NCBI GenBank assembly: GCA_033853555.1
Contig: JAWOLJ010000066.1
Location: forward strand, 22,044-86,043
Reading direction: 5' to 3'
From: Myxococcota bacterium
Lineage (GTDB): Bacteria; Myxococcota_A; UBA9160
Length of the DNA stretch: 64,000 bases
Part shown: one piece after another, positions 1-11,053 of the stretch
Layout: each line of letters starts with the position of its first letter
How positions within the stretch are numbered: the stretch's first letter is position 1
Position numbers and translations under genes: made by a program
The notes under the pieces: model-generated
Seen by the model: the letters and a program-made list of their open reading frames with translations, nothing else
Told to the model about the DNA's origin: nothing
The model's database searches: none

Positions 1-186
1 GCGCGGCGATCACGTAGCGGTGTCGGATGCGGGTCTCGCCCTCCTCGTCCACCGTCACGCGGAGCGGCCCGCGAACGACCGTCCCGACGTCCACCTCGGT
101 CGCCGGCGTGCGCAGCCACCAGACGAGCGCGGCCACGCCGGCCAGCGCCAGGGCGATCGGAAGCGCGCGGCGGCGGAGCGGTGTCA
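1..186 (-). CDS. Efflux transporter periplasmic adaptor (HlyD/MFP family), N-terminal fragment; gene runs off the window start
   Basis: Reverse-strand ATG at 184-186, 2 nt after the permease stop. Translation MTPLRRRALPIALALAGVAALVWWLRTPATEVDVGTVVRGPLRVTVDEEGETRIRH... has a signal anchor plus a beta-strand lead typical of membrane-fusion proteins. Third gene of the ABC efflux operon. Confidence 0.5.
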
Positions 187-188
187 TC

Positions 189-2557
189 TCACTCGCGCGC
201 CTTCAGGACTTCCACCAGGTCCATCGCGTCGAGGCGCCGGCGCACCGCCCAGGCGGAGACCAGCGCGGCGAGCAGCACGACGCCGACGGCGAACAGGTGC
301 GTCTCGACGGTCAGCACGAGGGGCAGGCGGAAGAGCTCCCATTGATAGGCGCGCGAGAGGAGAAGCGAGGCCCCGCGGCCGAGCAGCAGGCCCACGGGGA
401 TCGCCACCAGCGTGAGGAGCGCCTGCTCGCCGAGCAGCATGCCTGCAACCTCCGCCCGCGTGAAGCCGAGAACCCGCAGCGCCGCCAGCTCGCGGGCGCG
501 CTCGGAGAGCGCGATGCGCGCGGTGTTGTAGACCATGGCGGCGGCGATGGTGCAGGAGAAGACCACGAGCACGCTCGTGAAGATGCCGAGGCTGCGGGCC
601 AGGGTCTCCTCGAAGCTCGCCAGCGTGGCCCGTCGGCTCGCCACCCCGGCCACCGCCGGCAGGCGCTTCAGCCGATCGTAGAGCTCGGGTGCGACGCGAG
701 CGTCCACGCGCAGGAAGGCGCCGCTCACGGCGTCGCCCTCGTGCAGCAGCCGCTCCAGGGCATGGCGCTCCATGTAGGCGTTCAGGCCGATCGGCTCGTC
801 CAGGGTGCCGGCCACCACCACGTCGCGTCGCGGGCGCTCGCCCTCCAGCACCTCCACCCGCAGTCGATCGCCGGGCGAGACGCCCAGGATCTCCGCCAGC
901 CGCCGCGTCAGCAGGAGCCCCTCCGGCGGAAGCGGCACCGGCCGCCCATCTTCGCCCACCGGCCGGCGCAGCTCGGCCCCGCTCTCGAGCCCGAGGAGCA
1001 GGACCCGCCGCATCCGGCTCTCGAAGCGCAGCCGCACGGGAACCGCGCGGAAGACCTCGGCCTGCAGCACGCCCTGCAGCCCGGCGAGCTCGTAGCCCAC
1101 GCGCCGGGAGAGCGGATCGTGAAAGGTGAGCATCAGGTCCTCGCGTTGGATCTCCTGGAACTGGAGCTCGGCCAGGTGCCGGATCGCATCCATCACGTAG
1201 CGGCCCACCACCAGGATCCCGACCGCGCAGGCGAGGGCCAGCACCGCGAGGCCGGCCCGCCAGGGCCGTCGCGCGAGGCTGCGCGCGATCATGCGCGCCG
1301 GCGCGCCGGCGAGCCGGCGCACCGCCAGCTCCTCCAGGGTACCGGCGTGGAAGCGCGGAGGCGCCTCGGGGCGCATGGCCTCGGCCGGCGGAAGCGCGAG
1401 CGCGCGGCGCACCGCGCCGAGGGCGCCGGCCGCTCCCGCGGCCGCGCTCGCCAGCACCGCCAGTGCCACCACGCCGAAGCCCGGCTCGAAGCGGAACACC
1501 GGGAAGCGATAGAACTGGACGTAGACCCGGTTCACCAGCGAGCCCAGCCAGAGACCGACCGTCGTCCCGAGGATCGCGCCCACACCGACGGCCGCGAGGG
1601 CGTAGCCCAGGTAGTGGAGGCCGACCGTCCGATCGTCGTAGCCGAAGGCCTTCAGCACGGCGATCTGCTCGCGCTGCGTCGCCACCAGGCGCTGGAGCAC
1701 GACGTTCAGCAGGAAGGCGGCCACGCCGAGGAAGATCACCGGCAGGATGGTGCCCGAGACCCGGTTCTGCGCGATCTCGTCCGAGAGGAAGCGATCCGAC
1801 ACCTGATCGCGACGGCCATAGGCGCCGAGGCCGCCATAGCGCTCGAGCAGGCGGTCGAGCCGCGCGATCACCTCGTCCTCCACGGCCCCGGGGCCGAGCG
1901 CGAGCGCCACGTCGTCGAAGGCGCCCTCCATCTGGAAGGCGGGCGCCAGGGCATCGCGCCCCATCCACAGCACGCCGAAGCGCCGAGGATCGGGAAAGAC
2001 GTCGCCTGGGCGGATCTCGTACACGAACTCCGGGGAGAGACCGATCCCGACGATCCGCAGCCGCTGCCAGCGTCCGCGCAGGATGGCGCCGATCGAGTCG
2101 CCCACCCGGAGCCCGTTGGCTTCGGTGAAGGCCTCGCTCGCCACGATCTCGTCCCGCCGCGCGGGATCCGGCATGCGCCCGCGGCGCAGGTGCACGGCGT
2201 TCAGGCGCGGCTCGCCCCGTGGCGGGAGCGAGACCAGCCGGCCAGTGGCGGGCTCGGCCAGACCCGGCACGTCGAGCGTCACGTCCTCCACCACGCGGGT
2301 CTCGACGGTGGCGACGCCGGGGATCGCCTCGATCCTCGCCCGCAGCGACTCCGGCGCACGCACCAACGAGGCGAAGACGTCGGCGAAGCGGTAGCGGTCG
2401 TAGTAGGCCGCCCGGGAGGAGACCAGGGACTCGTAGGCCGTGCGCGTGGTCACCACGGTGGCGACTCCGCACGCCACCACCAGCGCGATCGCCAGCCCCT
2501 GCCCGCGCAGCCGCGCGAGATCGCGCAGCAGCTTGCGGTCGAGGGCTCGCGTGCGCG

Positions 2558-2561
<4 letters not shown>
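189..2561 (-). CDS. ABC transporter permease, MacB/FtsX-like with two FtsX-type membrane domains (790 aa)
   Basis: Part of six-frame ORF 189..4850(-). The N-terminus [33 protein letters not shown]... and periplasmic-domain pattern fit the MacB permease family. GTG start at 2561 forms a GTGA overlap with the upstream ATPase stop (2558). Confidence 0.8.
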
Positions 2562-3313
<752 letters not shown>

Positions 3314-3404
3314 CCGGCCTCCTCTCGCGTGACACGGAACACCAGCGCCGGGCCCCTGGCAACGGCGCGTCGCGCCTGCGAGATTCCAGGACGGGAGGCC
3401 TCGC

Positions 3405-4655
3405 GTGCGAAGCTGCGTCGCACTGGTGCTGGCGGGGGGCGAGGGACGCCGCCTCTGGCCGCTGACCCGCGAGCGTTGCAAGCCGGCGGTCTACTTCGGC
3501 GGCCGCTACCGCCTGGTGGACTTCGTGCTCTCGAACCTCGTGAACAGCGGCTTCCACCGCATCCAGGTGCTCACGCAGTACAAGTCGAGCTCGCTGGTCC
3601 GGCACCTGACGCGCGCCTGGCCCCTGGCCTCCACGGTGCTGGACCAGTTCGTCGAGCCGGTGCCTGCGTCGATGAACCTCGGCCCCACCTGGTTTCGCGG
3701 CACCGCCGACGCCATCTGGCAGAACATCGACCTGCTGCGCGAGGCGGATCCGACCGACGTCCTGATCTTCGGCTCCGACCACGTCTACAAGATGGACGTG
3801 CGTCTGATGCTCGAGGAGCACCGCGACCGCAAGGCCGACCTCACGGTGGCGACGATCCCGGTGCCCCGCGGCGAGGCGCGTGCCTTCGGCTGCGTCGACG
3901 TCGACCCGGGCGGACGCGTGCTCGGCTTCCTGGAGAAGCCCAAGGAGCCGCCCGCGCTCCCCGGCCAGCCGGATCACACCCTCGCCTCGATGGGGAACTA
4001 CATCTTCCGCACCGAGGTGCTGCTGGAGGAGCTGCGACGCAACGCCCGCGCGCCCGAGACGTCCCACGACTTCGGCAAGGACATCCTGGCCACCGCCCAC
4101 GAGCGCATGCGGGTGCAGGCCTACGACTTCGGCTCGCAGCTCTGCCCCGGCGAGCACGAGCGCGCCCGGGGCTACTGGCGCGACGTCGGGACCATCGACT
4201 CCTATTTCGAGGCGAGCATGGACCTGGTCTCCGTCGAGCCGCGGCTCAACCTCTACAACGAGAAGTGGCCGATCCGTGGCATCCGCTCCCTGACCGGCCC
4301 GACCAAGTTCGTGTTCGCCGACGCCTCCGGCGGGCGGGTAGGGTCGGCGTTCGACTCGATCATCGGATCGGGCGTGATCATCTCGGGCGGCCACGTGGAG
4401 CGCAGCGTGATCTTCGACCGCGCGCGGGTGAACAGCTACAGCCGCGTGGAGGACTCGGTGCTCTTCCCCGGCGTGAACGTGGGGCGGGGCGCCGAGCTGC
4501 GCCGCTGCATCGTGGACAAGGGCGTGCACGTTCCGCCGGGTGAGCGGATCGGCCTCGACGCCGCGGCCGATCGCGAGCGCTTCACGGTCAGCGAGGGCGG
4601 GATCGTGGTGGTCTCGCGGGCGGATTTCTGGCAGATGGACCGCTACGACGTCTGA
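3405..4655 (+). CDS. glgC: Glucose-1-phosphate adenylyltransferase
   Basis: [45 protein letters not shown]...[12 protein letters not shown]...SMGNYIF; colinear with E. coli GlgC. GTG start with GGGAGG 6 nt upstream. Confidence 0.9.
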   Translation: MRSCVALVLAGGEGRRLWPLTRERCKPAVYFGGRYRLVDFVLSNLVNSGFHRIQVLTQYKSSSLVRHLTRAWPLASTVLDQFVEPVPASMNLGPTWFRGTADAIWQNIDLLREADPTDVLIFGSDHVYKMDVRLMLEEHRDRKADLTVATIPVPRGEARAFGCVDVDPGGRVLGFLEKPKEPPALPGQPDHTLASMGNYIFRTEVLLEELRRNARAPETSHDFGKDILATAHERMRVQAYDFGSQLCPGEHERARGYWRDVGTIDSYFEASMDLVSVEPRLNLYNEKWPIRGIRSLTGPTKFVFADASGGRVGSAFDSIIGSGVIISGGHVERSVIFDRARVNSYSRVEDSVLFPGVNVGRGAELRRCIVDKGVHVPPGERIGLDAAADRERFTVSEGGIVVVSRADFWQMDRYDV

Positions 4656-4713
4656 GGCCGGACCCGGCGGGCGATCGCGCGGAACGCCGCGCGCGGGAGC
4701 GTTCGACACCACG

Positions 4714-6150
4714 ATGCGTCTGTTCTTCGTGAGCGCGGAGCTCGCACCGCTCTGCCAGTCGGGCGGGCTCGGCGAGGCCGTCGGCGGGCTCGCGCGCGCG
4801 CTCGGCGCGCGGGGGCACGAGGTGACCTGCGTGCTGCCGGGCCATCGCATGGCCTTCGAGCAGGCGCGGGGCCTGACCTTCGCCGACGGCGGCGAGCTGC
4901 GGCTCTCCCTGCCGGACGGCGGCCTGGTCGGTCGCTGGCGAGAGGCCTGGCTCGCGCCGAACGTGCGCGTGGCGCTGATCGACCTCCCGGCGCTCTACGA
5001 CCGACCCCGCCTCTACGGCGACGCCGCGGGCGACTATCCGGACAACGCGTTGCGCTTCTGCACCCTGGGTCGCGCGGGCGCCGGGCGCGCCGCCGCCGAG
5101 CGCGCCGACGCGCTGGTCGCGCACGACTGGCACGGCGCGCTGGCGGTGGCGACGCTGCGCTGCACGATGCCGCCGGAGCTCGGGCGCGGCGTCGCCACCG
5201 TGCAGGTCGTTCACAACAACGCGTACCAGGGGCGCTTCCCGCCGAGCGCGATGCCGCTCACGGATCTGCCGCCGGAGCTGTATCGGCCGGAGGGGGTGGA
5301 GGCCTGGGGCTCGCTCTGCCTGTTGAAGGCCGGACTCGTCTTCGCCGACCGCATCGTCGCAGTGTCACCGACCTACGCCCGCGAGATCCAGGGGCCCGGC
5401 TTCGGCGCCGGGCTGGAGGGCATGTATCGCGCACGCGCCGATGCGCTCCTCGGCATCGCCAACGGCATCGACGCCGAGCGCTACGACCCCGCCCACGACA
5501 CGGCTCTGGCCGAGACGTTCTCCTCGAAGCGCCTCTCCGGTAAGGAGCGCTGTCGCGACTCGCTCCTGCACGAGCTCGAGCTCTCGGTTCCGCCGCCCGG
5601 CCGTCTCTGCGTGGCGCTCGGGCGACTGACCGCGCAGAAGGGATGGGACGTCCTGGCCGACGCGCTGGAGGGGTTGGTGGCGCGTGGCGCGTCGCTGGCC
5701 CTCCTCGGGGACGGCGATCCCACGATCGCGGCCCGCCTCGCGGACGCGGCGGCGGCTCACCCGCGCCGGATCGCGCTGCGCCTCGGCTACGACGAGGGGC
5801 TGGCGCGGCGGCTCTACGCCGGCGCCGATCAGGTGCTGGTGCCCTCTCGCTTCGAGCCCTGCGGCCTGGTCCAGCTCCTGGCCCAGCGCTACGGCGCGCT
5901 GCCCGTGGCGCATCGCGTGGGAGGCCTGGCCGACACCATCGAGGATGGCCGCACCGGCTTCTTGTTCGAGCCCCTCGATGCGGACGCCCTGGTCGGCGCC
6001 TTCGATCGCGCCGCGGCGCTGGCGGAGGGCGACGTGGAGGCGCTGCGCGAGGTCCAGCGGCGCCTGCTCGATCTCGATGTCTCCTGGGCGACCCCCGCCA
6101 CCCGCTGGGAGGCGCTCCTGGAGAGCCTGGTGCGCGAGCGCCAGGCGTAG
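4714..6150 (+). CDS. glgA: Glycogen synthase (ADP-glucose type)
   Basis: MRLFFVSAELAPLCQSGGLGEAVGGLARALGARGHEVTCVLPGH... (KxGGL motif, GT5/GT1 fold). ATG at 4714 chosen instead of ORF-track start 4540. Confidence 0.9.
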   Translation: MRLFFVSAELAPLCQSGGLGEAVGGLARALGARGHEVTCVLPGHRMAFEQARGLTFADGGELRLSLPDGGLVGRWREAWLAPNVRVALIDLPALYDRPRLYGDAAGDYPDNALRFCTLGRAGAGRAAAERADALVAHDWHGALAVATLRCTMPPELGRGVATVQVVHNNAYQGRFPPSAMPLTDLPPELYRPEGVEAWGSLCLLKAGLVFADRIVAVSPTYAREIQGPGFGAGLEGMYRARADALLGIANGIDAERYDPAHDTALAETFSSKRLSGKERCRDSLLHELELSVPPPGRLCVALGRLTAQKGWDVLADALEGLVARGASLALLGDGDPTIAARLADAAAAHPRRIALRLGYDEGLARRLYAGADQVLVPSRFEPCGLVQLLAQRYGALPVAHRVGGLADTIEDGRTGFLFEPLDADALVGAFDRAAALAEGDVEALREVQRRLLDLDVSWATPATRWEALLESLVRERQA

Positions 6151-6207
6151 CCCCCGGGGATCTCGCCGGGCTGCCACGCCGCCGGAGCGCGTCGTATGCT
6201 CCGGTCG

Positions 6208-7728
6208 ATGCGGCTCGGCATCGACTTCGGCACCACCCACATCGTCGCCGCGGCGGTGGACCGCGGGAACTATCCCGTGATCACGCTCGAGGACGCCGAG
6301 GCCGTGCCCTCCCTGGTGGCGGTGCGCCTCGCGGACGGTGCGCTGCGCTTCGGGGCGGAGGCCGCCGCCCTGGCAGGCGACACCGAGTGGCGCCTGCTCC
6401 GCTCGCTGAAGCGCCTGCTCCACGACGCCGGGCCGGAGAGCGAGCTGGAGCTGGCCGGGCGGCGCCTGCGGCTGCTCGATCTGCTGGTGGCGCAGCTCGA
6501 GCACCTGCGGCACGCCCTGCGCGAGCGCTCAAACCTCGAGCTGCGCCGCAGCGAGCCGCTCGAGGCGGCCGTCGGCGTGCCCGCCAACGCGTCGAGCGCG
6601 CAGCGCTTCCTCACCCTGGAGGCCTTCCGCCGCGCGGGCTTCCATCCGCTCGCGCTGGTGAACGAGCCCTCGGCCGCGGGCTTCGAGTACGCCCACCGCC
6701 ACCGCTCGAGCCTGACCTCGCGGCGCGAGCACGTGGTGGTGTACGACCTCGGAGGCGGCACGTTCGACGCGTCCCTGGTCCACATGACCGACGGCTTCCA
6801 CGAGGTGGTGACGAGCGCGGGCGTCACCCGGCTCGGCGGCGACGATTTCGACGCGGCGATCGCGGCGCTGGTGCTGCGCAAGCTCGGACGCGAGACGTCG
6901 AGCCCGGGGCAGCAGGCCGCGCTCCTCGACGAGTGCCGGCGCGCCAAGGAGTCGAGCGGGCCCAACACGCGACGCTTCGTGGTGGACCTGTCGGTGCTCG
7001 GCGAGGCTCCGCTCGCGCTCTCGATCGACGACGTCTACGCCGCCTGCTCGCCGCTGGTGGAGCACACGCTCGACTGCCTGGACGCGGTGGTGGGCCCCGA
7101 GGCCGCGGGAGCGGTGGGCCTCGACGAGCTGGCCGGGATCTACGTGGTGGGCGGCGCCAGCAGCTTTCCGCTGGTGGCGCGACGCCTGCGCGAGCGCTTC
7201 GGCGAGCGGCGCGTGCGGCGATCCCCCCACCCCTTCGCCGCCACGGCGATCGGCCTCGCGATCCTGCTCGACGAGTCCGCGGGCTATACGCTGGCGGATC
7301 GGCTCGCTCGACACTGTGGCGTGTGGCGGGAGGAGGACGGGGGCCGCAACGTGCGCTTCGACCCGATCTTCCCCAAGGACACCCCGCTCCCGGCGTCCGG
7401 TGCGCGCCCGCTCGAGGCCGTGCGCCGCTACCGTGCGGCCCACAACCTCGGCCACTACCGGATCGTCGAGTGCGGGCGCCTGCGCGACGGGCTGCCCGAA
7501 GGCGAGCTCCTGCCCTGGAGCGAGATCCGCTTCCCCTTCGATCCCGCGCTGCGCCGCCGCACGCGCCTCGACGGCGTCCCCGTGACGCGCCTCGAGGTCG
7601 AGGGGTCCTGGGTGGAGGAGCGCTGGCGTCTCGGGGCGGACGGCGCGCTCGAGCTGCGCCTGGCGCTCCCCGAGGAGGGCTTCGAGCGGCGCTACCACCT
7701 GCCGCGCCCCGGCCACGGCCCGGCCTGA
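6208..7728 (+). CDS. Hsp70-family (DnaK/HscA/HscC-like) ATPase, atypical short form
   Basis: MRLGIDFGTTHIVAAAV...LVNEPSAAGFEYA...VVVYDLGGGTFDASLV: actin-like ATPase motifs of Hsp70. Only ~505 aa with a reduced C-terminal domain. An alternative ATG at 6196 lies inside a hairpin loop. Confidence 0.75.
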   Translation: MRLGIDFGTTHIVAAAVDRGNYPVITLEDAEAVPSLVAVRLADGALRFGAEAAALAGDTEWRLLRSLKRLLHDAGPESELELAGRRLRLLDLLVAQLEHLRHALRERSNLELRRSEPLEAAVGVPANASSAQRFLTLEAFRRAGFHPLALVNEPSAAGFEYAHRHRSSLTSRREHVVVYDLGGGTFDASLVHMTDGFHEVVTSAGVTRLGGDDFDAAIAALVLRKLGRETSSPGQQAALLDECRRAKESSGPNTRRFVVDLSVLGEAPLALSIDDVYAACSPLVEHTLDCLDAVVGPEAAGAVGLDELAGIYVVGGASSFPLVARRLRERFGERRVRRSPHPFAATAIGLAILLDESAGYTLADRLARHCGVWREEDGGRNVRFDPIFPKDTPLPASGARPLEAVRRYRAAHNLGHYRIVECGRLRDGLPEGELLPWSEIRFPFDPALRRRTRLDGVPVTRLEVEGSWVEERWRLGADGALELRLALPEEGFERRYHLPRPGHGPA

Positions 7729-7815
7729 GCCGGCACGCGGGGCGTTGCGACCGCATCCGTCACGGATCCATGCCATGCTTGCCTCGACGGCGTCCGCCCC
7801 GCCGTGGAGGTCCCG

Positions 7816-9132
7816 ATGGCATCGCTCGCACCCTGGCTCCTTCCCCTCGCCGTCGCTCTGGTCGCCGCGATCGCGCTCGGCCTGACGACCCTCCTGCTGC
7901 GCCGCGGGCGCCCCTCGCCGGAACTCGCGGGGCTTCCCGGGCGCCTCGAGGCCCTGGAGCGGGCACAGGAGCGGAGCGAGCGCGCGCTGCGAGAGGACGT
8001 GGCCCGCGGCCGCAGCGAGGTGGAGCAGTCGCTCCACGGCTTCGACGAATCGATCGGGAAGGCGATCGCACGCCTCGTCGATCAGCAGAACGACCAGATG
8101 AACGGCTTCGCGCTCCGCCTCGACCGGTTGACCCAGAGCAACGAGGAGCGGCTGGAGAAGCTGCGCGGCACGCTCGACGAGAAGCTCGCGGCCCTCCAGG
8201 GCGACAACGCGCAGAAGCTGGAGCAGATGCGCGCCACGGTCGAGGAGAAGCTCCAGGGAACGCTGGAGAAGCGCCTCGGCGAGTCCTTCAAGCAGGTCTC
8301 CGAGCGGCTGGAGCAGGTGCACAGCGGCCTCGGCGAGATGCGCAACCTGGCGGCCGGCGTGGGCGACCTGAAGAAGGTCCTCACCAACGTGAAGCAGCGC
8401 GGCGGCTGGGGCGAGGTGCAGCTCGCCAACCTGCTGGAGCAGGTGCTGGCGCCGAACCAGTACGAGGCCAACGTCGCGACCCGGCCGCGCAGCGCGGAGC
8501 GGGTGGAGTTCGCGATCAAGCTGCCGGGCCGCGATGGGGGCGAGGAGCCGGTATGGCTCCCGATCGACTCCAAGTTCCCGCTGGAGGACTACCAGCGCCT
8601 GGTGGAGGCGGCGGAGCGCGGCGACGGCGAGGCGGTCGACGCCGCCGCGAAGGCGCTGGAGCAGCGCCTGCGCGCCTGCGCCGGCGACGTCCAGCGCAAG
8701 TACCTGGACCCGCCCCACACCACCGACTTCGCGCTGCTCTTCCTTCCGACGGAGGGCCTCTACGCCGAGGCGCTGCGACGGCCGGGCCTGGCCGACGCGC
8801 TCCAGCGTGAACACCGAGTAGTGTTGACCGGACCGACCACGCTCTGGGCGGTGCTCAACAGCCTGCAGACGGGCTTCCGGACCCTCGCCATCGAGAAGCG
8901 CTCGGGCGAGGTCTGGAACCTGCTCGCAGCGGTCAAGACGGAGTTCGGCCGCTTCGGCGAGAGCCTGGAGGCGGTGCACAAGAAGCTCGAGGACGCGACG
9001 CGACGCATGGACGACGTCACCAAGCGCACGCGCGCGATCGATCGGCGCCTGCGCGACGTGCAGGAGCTCCCGGCGCCCGACGCGCGGCGCCTGCTGCCGG
9101 GGCTCGACGACCCGGGCGCCGGCGAGGAGTAG
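7816..9132 (+). CDS. rmuC: DNA recombination protein RmuC
   Basis: N-terminal TM segment, long coiled coil, then ...LPGRDGGEEPVWLPIDSKFPLEDYQRL...FALLFLPTEGLYAEALRRPGL...VVLTGPTTLWAVLNSL: RmuC family. ATG 7816 has GGAGG 5 nt upstream; the ORF-track start 7804 is GTG. Confidence 0.85.
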   Translation: MASLAPWLLPLAVALVAAIALGLTTLLLRRGRPSPELAGLPGRLEALERAQERSERALREDVARGRSEVEQSLHGFDESIGKAIARLVDQQNDQMNGFALRLDRLTQSNEERLEKLRGTLDEKLAALQGDNAQKLEQMRATVEEKLQGTLEKRLGESFKQVSERLEQVHSGLGEMRNLAAGVGDLKKVLTNVKQRGGWGEVQLANLLEQVLAPNQYEANVATRPRSAERVEFAIKLPGRDGGEEPVWLPIDSKFPLEDYQRLVEAAERGDGEAVDAAAKALEQRLRACAGDVQRKYLDPPHTTDFALLFLPTEGLYAEALRRPGLADALQREHRVVLTGPTTLWAVLNSLQTGFRTLAIEKRSGEVWNLLAAVKTEFGRFGESLEAVHKKLEDATRRMDDVTKRTRAIDRRLRDVQELPAPDARRLLPGLDDPGAGEE

Positions 9133-9149
9133 CGTCGGGCGAACGGAGC

Positions 9150-10439
9150 TCAGACGGACCGCAGCGCGCGGCGCATGGCGCGATGCGGGATGCCGGCCTC
9201 CTCGAACGGCGGGCCCTCGGCGGCGTAGCCGAGACCCTGGTAGAACGGGACCACCAGCGCCTGGGCGTGCAGCCGAAGCTCGGCGAAGCCTCGCCGCCGG
9301 GCCTCCGCCTCGATGGCGCGCATCAGGGCCGCGCCGATCCCCTGACCCCGCAGGCCGGCGCGCACCGCCACCCGCTCGGCCTTCGCGTGACCCTCCTCGG
9401 TGACGCGCAAGCGCGCGGTGCCCACGAGCGAGCCGTCGGAGAGCGCCACGAAGTGGGTGCAGACCGGGTCGAGGCCGTCGACCTCGAGCGCCGCCGGGAC
9501 GCCCTGCCCCACGACGAAGACCTCGTGCCGGAGGGCGAGGCAGCGCGCGAGCTCGCCGTCCGTCGCCCGGCGCACCAGGGCACCCGGTGGATCTCCGAGC
9601 GCCGCGCGAGCCTCCTCGACGGAGACGCCGCAGAAGCGAACGCGCGAGCCGGGCCGGCGTGCGGCGAGGCGTCCCTGGTCGGCGCGGATCACGGTGGCGA
9701 GCACGGGATAGCCACCCGTCGTCGGATGATCCGGCCCGAGCACGATCGCCGCGCCGCCGGTCGTGCCCTGGATCGCGCCCCGCACCATCGGAAGGGAGGC
9801 CCCGCGCTCCGGCCCGCGCAGCACGAGCGGCGGCCCTTCGAGGCGCGTCCCGACCCGATCGCCGATGGGCGACACCCGGAAGTCCGCCGAGAGCAGCCGC
9901 TCCAGCGCATCGGCTTCGAAGCGCTCGAGGTCCGGCCCCGGGACCACGCGGATCGCCGCCTCGGGCTCGAGATCCAGCGCGACGCCCTGCGCCCGCGGCT
10001 CGCCCATCGTGCGCCCGGCCACGGCGATCCGGTCGCCGCGGCGAAGAGCGCGACCCTCGAAGCCCCCGAGCGCCGCCACCAGGAGCGTGCCGCGACCTCC
10101 CAGGGCCTCGGGCACGTCGAGGCCGCCGCGCACGGCGAGGTAGCGCACGAGGGCCGGGCCCGGTCCGATCTCCCGCGCCCCGCCCGGAGCGAGGGGCTGC
10201 GGCGGGGCCCCGTCCAGCGAGAGCAGCAGCGCCTCGCCTTCGGCCGCCAGCCGGCAGCCGCCGGCGATCTCGAGCGCCGCCTCGCCCGGCGCGTTCCCGA
10301 GCGCGCGATTCGCCGCGGCCAGGAGCTCGGGCACCAGCGCTCCGCCCGGCGGGATCCCCTCGTGCATGCGCCCCGGGCGTCCAGCGTCCTGCACCAGCAC
10401 GGGGCCGGCCACCGACACCACGGAGAGTCGAGCGGTCAT
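9150..10439 (-). CDS. pxpC: 5-oxoprolinase subunit C (PxpC/KipA, biotin-dependent carboxyltransferase family) fused to a C-terminal GNAT acetyltransferase domain
   Basis: MTARLSVVSVAGPVLVQDAGRPGRMHEGIPPGGALV... is the PxpC/allophanate-hydrolase-subunit-2 fold. The C-terminus ...HFVALSDGSLVGTARLRVTEEGHAKAERVAVRAGLRGQGIGAALMRAIEAEARRRGFAELRLHAQ is a GNAT core. ATGA overlap with pxpB stop. Confidence 0.8.
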   Translation of the reverse strand: MTARLSVVSVAGPVLVQDAGRPGRMHEGIPPGGALVPELLAAANRALGNAPGEAALEIAGGCRLAAEGEALLLSLDGAPPQPLAPGGAREIGPGPALVRYLAVRGGLDVPEALGGRGTLLVAALGGFEGRALRRGDRIAVAGRTMGEPRAQGVALDLEPEAAIRVVPGPDLERFEADALERLLSADFRVSPIGDRVGTRLEGPPLVLRGPERGASLPMVRGAIQGTTGGAAIVLGPDHPTTGGYPVLATVIRADQGRLAARRPGSRVRFCGVSVEEARAALGDPPGALVRRATDGELARCLALRHEVFVVGQGVPAALEVDGLDPVCTHFVALSDGSLVGTARLRVTEEGHAKAERVAVRAGLRGQGIGAALMRAIEAEARRRGFAELRLHAQALVVPFYQGLGYAAEGPPFEEAGIPHRAMRRALRSV

Positions 10440-11053
10440 TCCACGCGCTCGAAGCGCACCCGGTCCCCGAGACGCAGCGTCGCTCCCGCCTGCGGCGAGA
10501 ACGCGCGGAAGTCGAGCGCGCTCCCGATCCAGTGCCAGCCGCCGGGCGAATCCAGCGGATACACGCCGCTGTAGGGCCCCGCGACCGCCACCGCGCCCGC
10601 CGCCACCCGCGGGCGAGGGACGCTGCGGCGCGGCAGCTCGAGGCGGGGATCCAGGCCACGCAGGTAGGCGAAGCCTGGCAGGAACCCCATCAGCGCCACC
10701 CGGTATGACGCCGCGGCGTGTCGGCCCGCCACCTCCTCCGGCGGAAGCCCGGCGCTCGCCGCCACCGACTCCAGATCGGGCCCGTCGTAGCGCACGCGGA
10801 TCACGACCTCCCGCAGCGCGTGCTCGCTCCCGCCGGCCCGAGCCGCCTCGGCCAGTCGCTCCGCTACGCCGGAGGGCGGACGCGCGGGATCGAAGCTCAC
10901 GCAGACGTGGGCCTCCGTCACCACCACGTCGCGCACGCCGGGGTGGGCGCGCAACGCGGCGAGGAGCGTCGCGGCATCGGCCTGCGGCGGGCGCGGCCAG
11001 CGCCAGGCTCCGTCTCCAAACGGTGTCGGATCGGGAAGGGCGGACGCGCTCAT
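10436..11053 (-). CDS. pxpB: 5-oxoprolinase subunit B (PxpB/KipI, allophanate hydrolase subunit 1 family)
   Basis: MSASALPDPTPFGDGAWRW...VVVTEAHVCVSFDP...YRVALMGFLPGFAYLRGLDPRLELPRRSVPRPRVAAGAVAVAGPYSGVYPLDSPGGWHWIG; ATGA overlap with pxpA. Confidence 0.85.
   Translation of the reverse strand: MSASALPDPTPFGDGAWRWPRPPQADAATLLAALRAHPGVRDVVVTEAHVCVSFDPARPPSGVAERLAEAARAGGSEHALREVVIRVRYDGPDLESVAASAGLPPEEVAGRHAAASYRVALMGFLPGFAYLRGLDPRLELPRRSVPRPRVAAGAVAVAGPYSGVYPLDSPGGWHWIGSALDFRAFSPQAGATLRLGDRVRFERVE

Noticed and set aside
5643-10659. Very long ORFs 5643..8810(+), 6529..10659(-), 6824..7756(-)
   Set aside because: These are antisense or out-of-frame to glgA, the Hsp70-like gene, rmuC and pxpC. 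Their translations are R/A/G/P-rich with no motifs.
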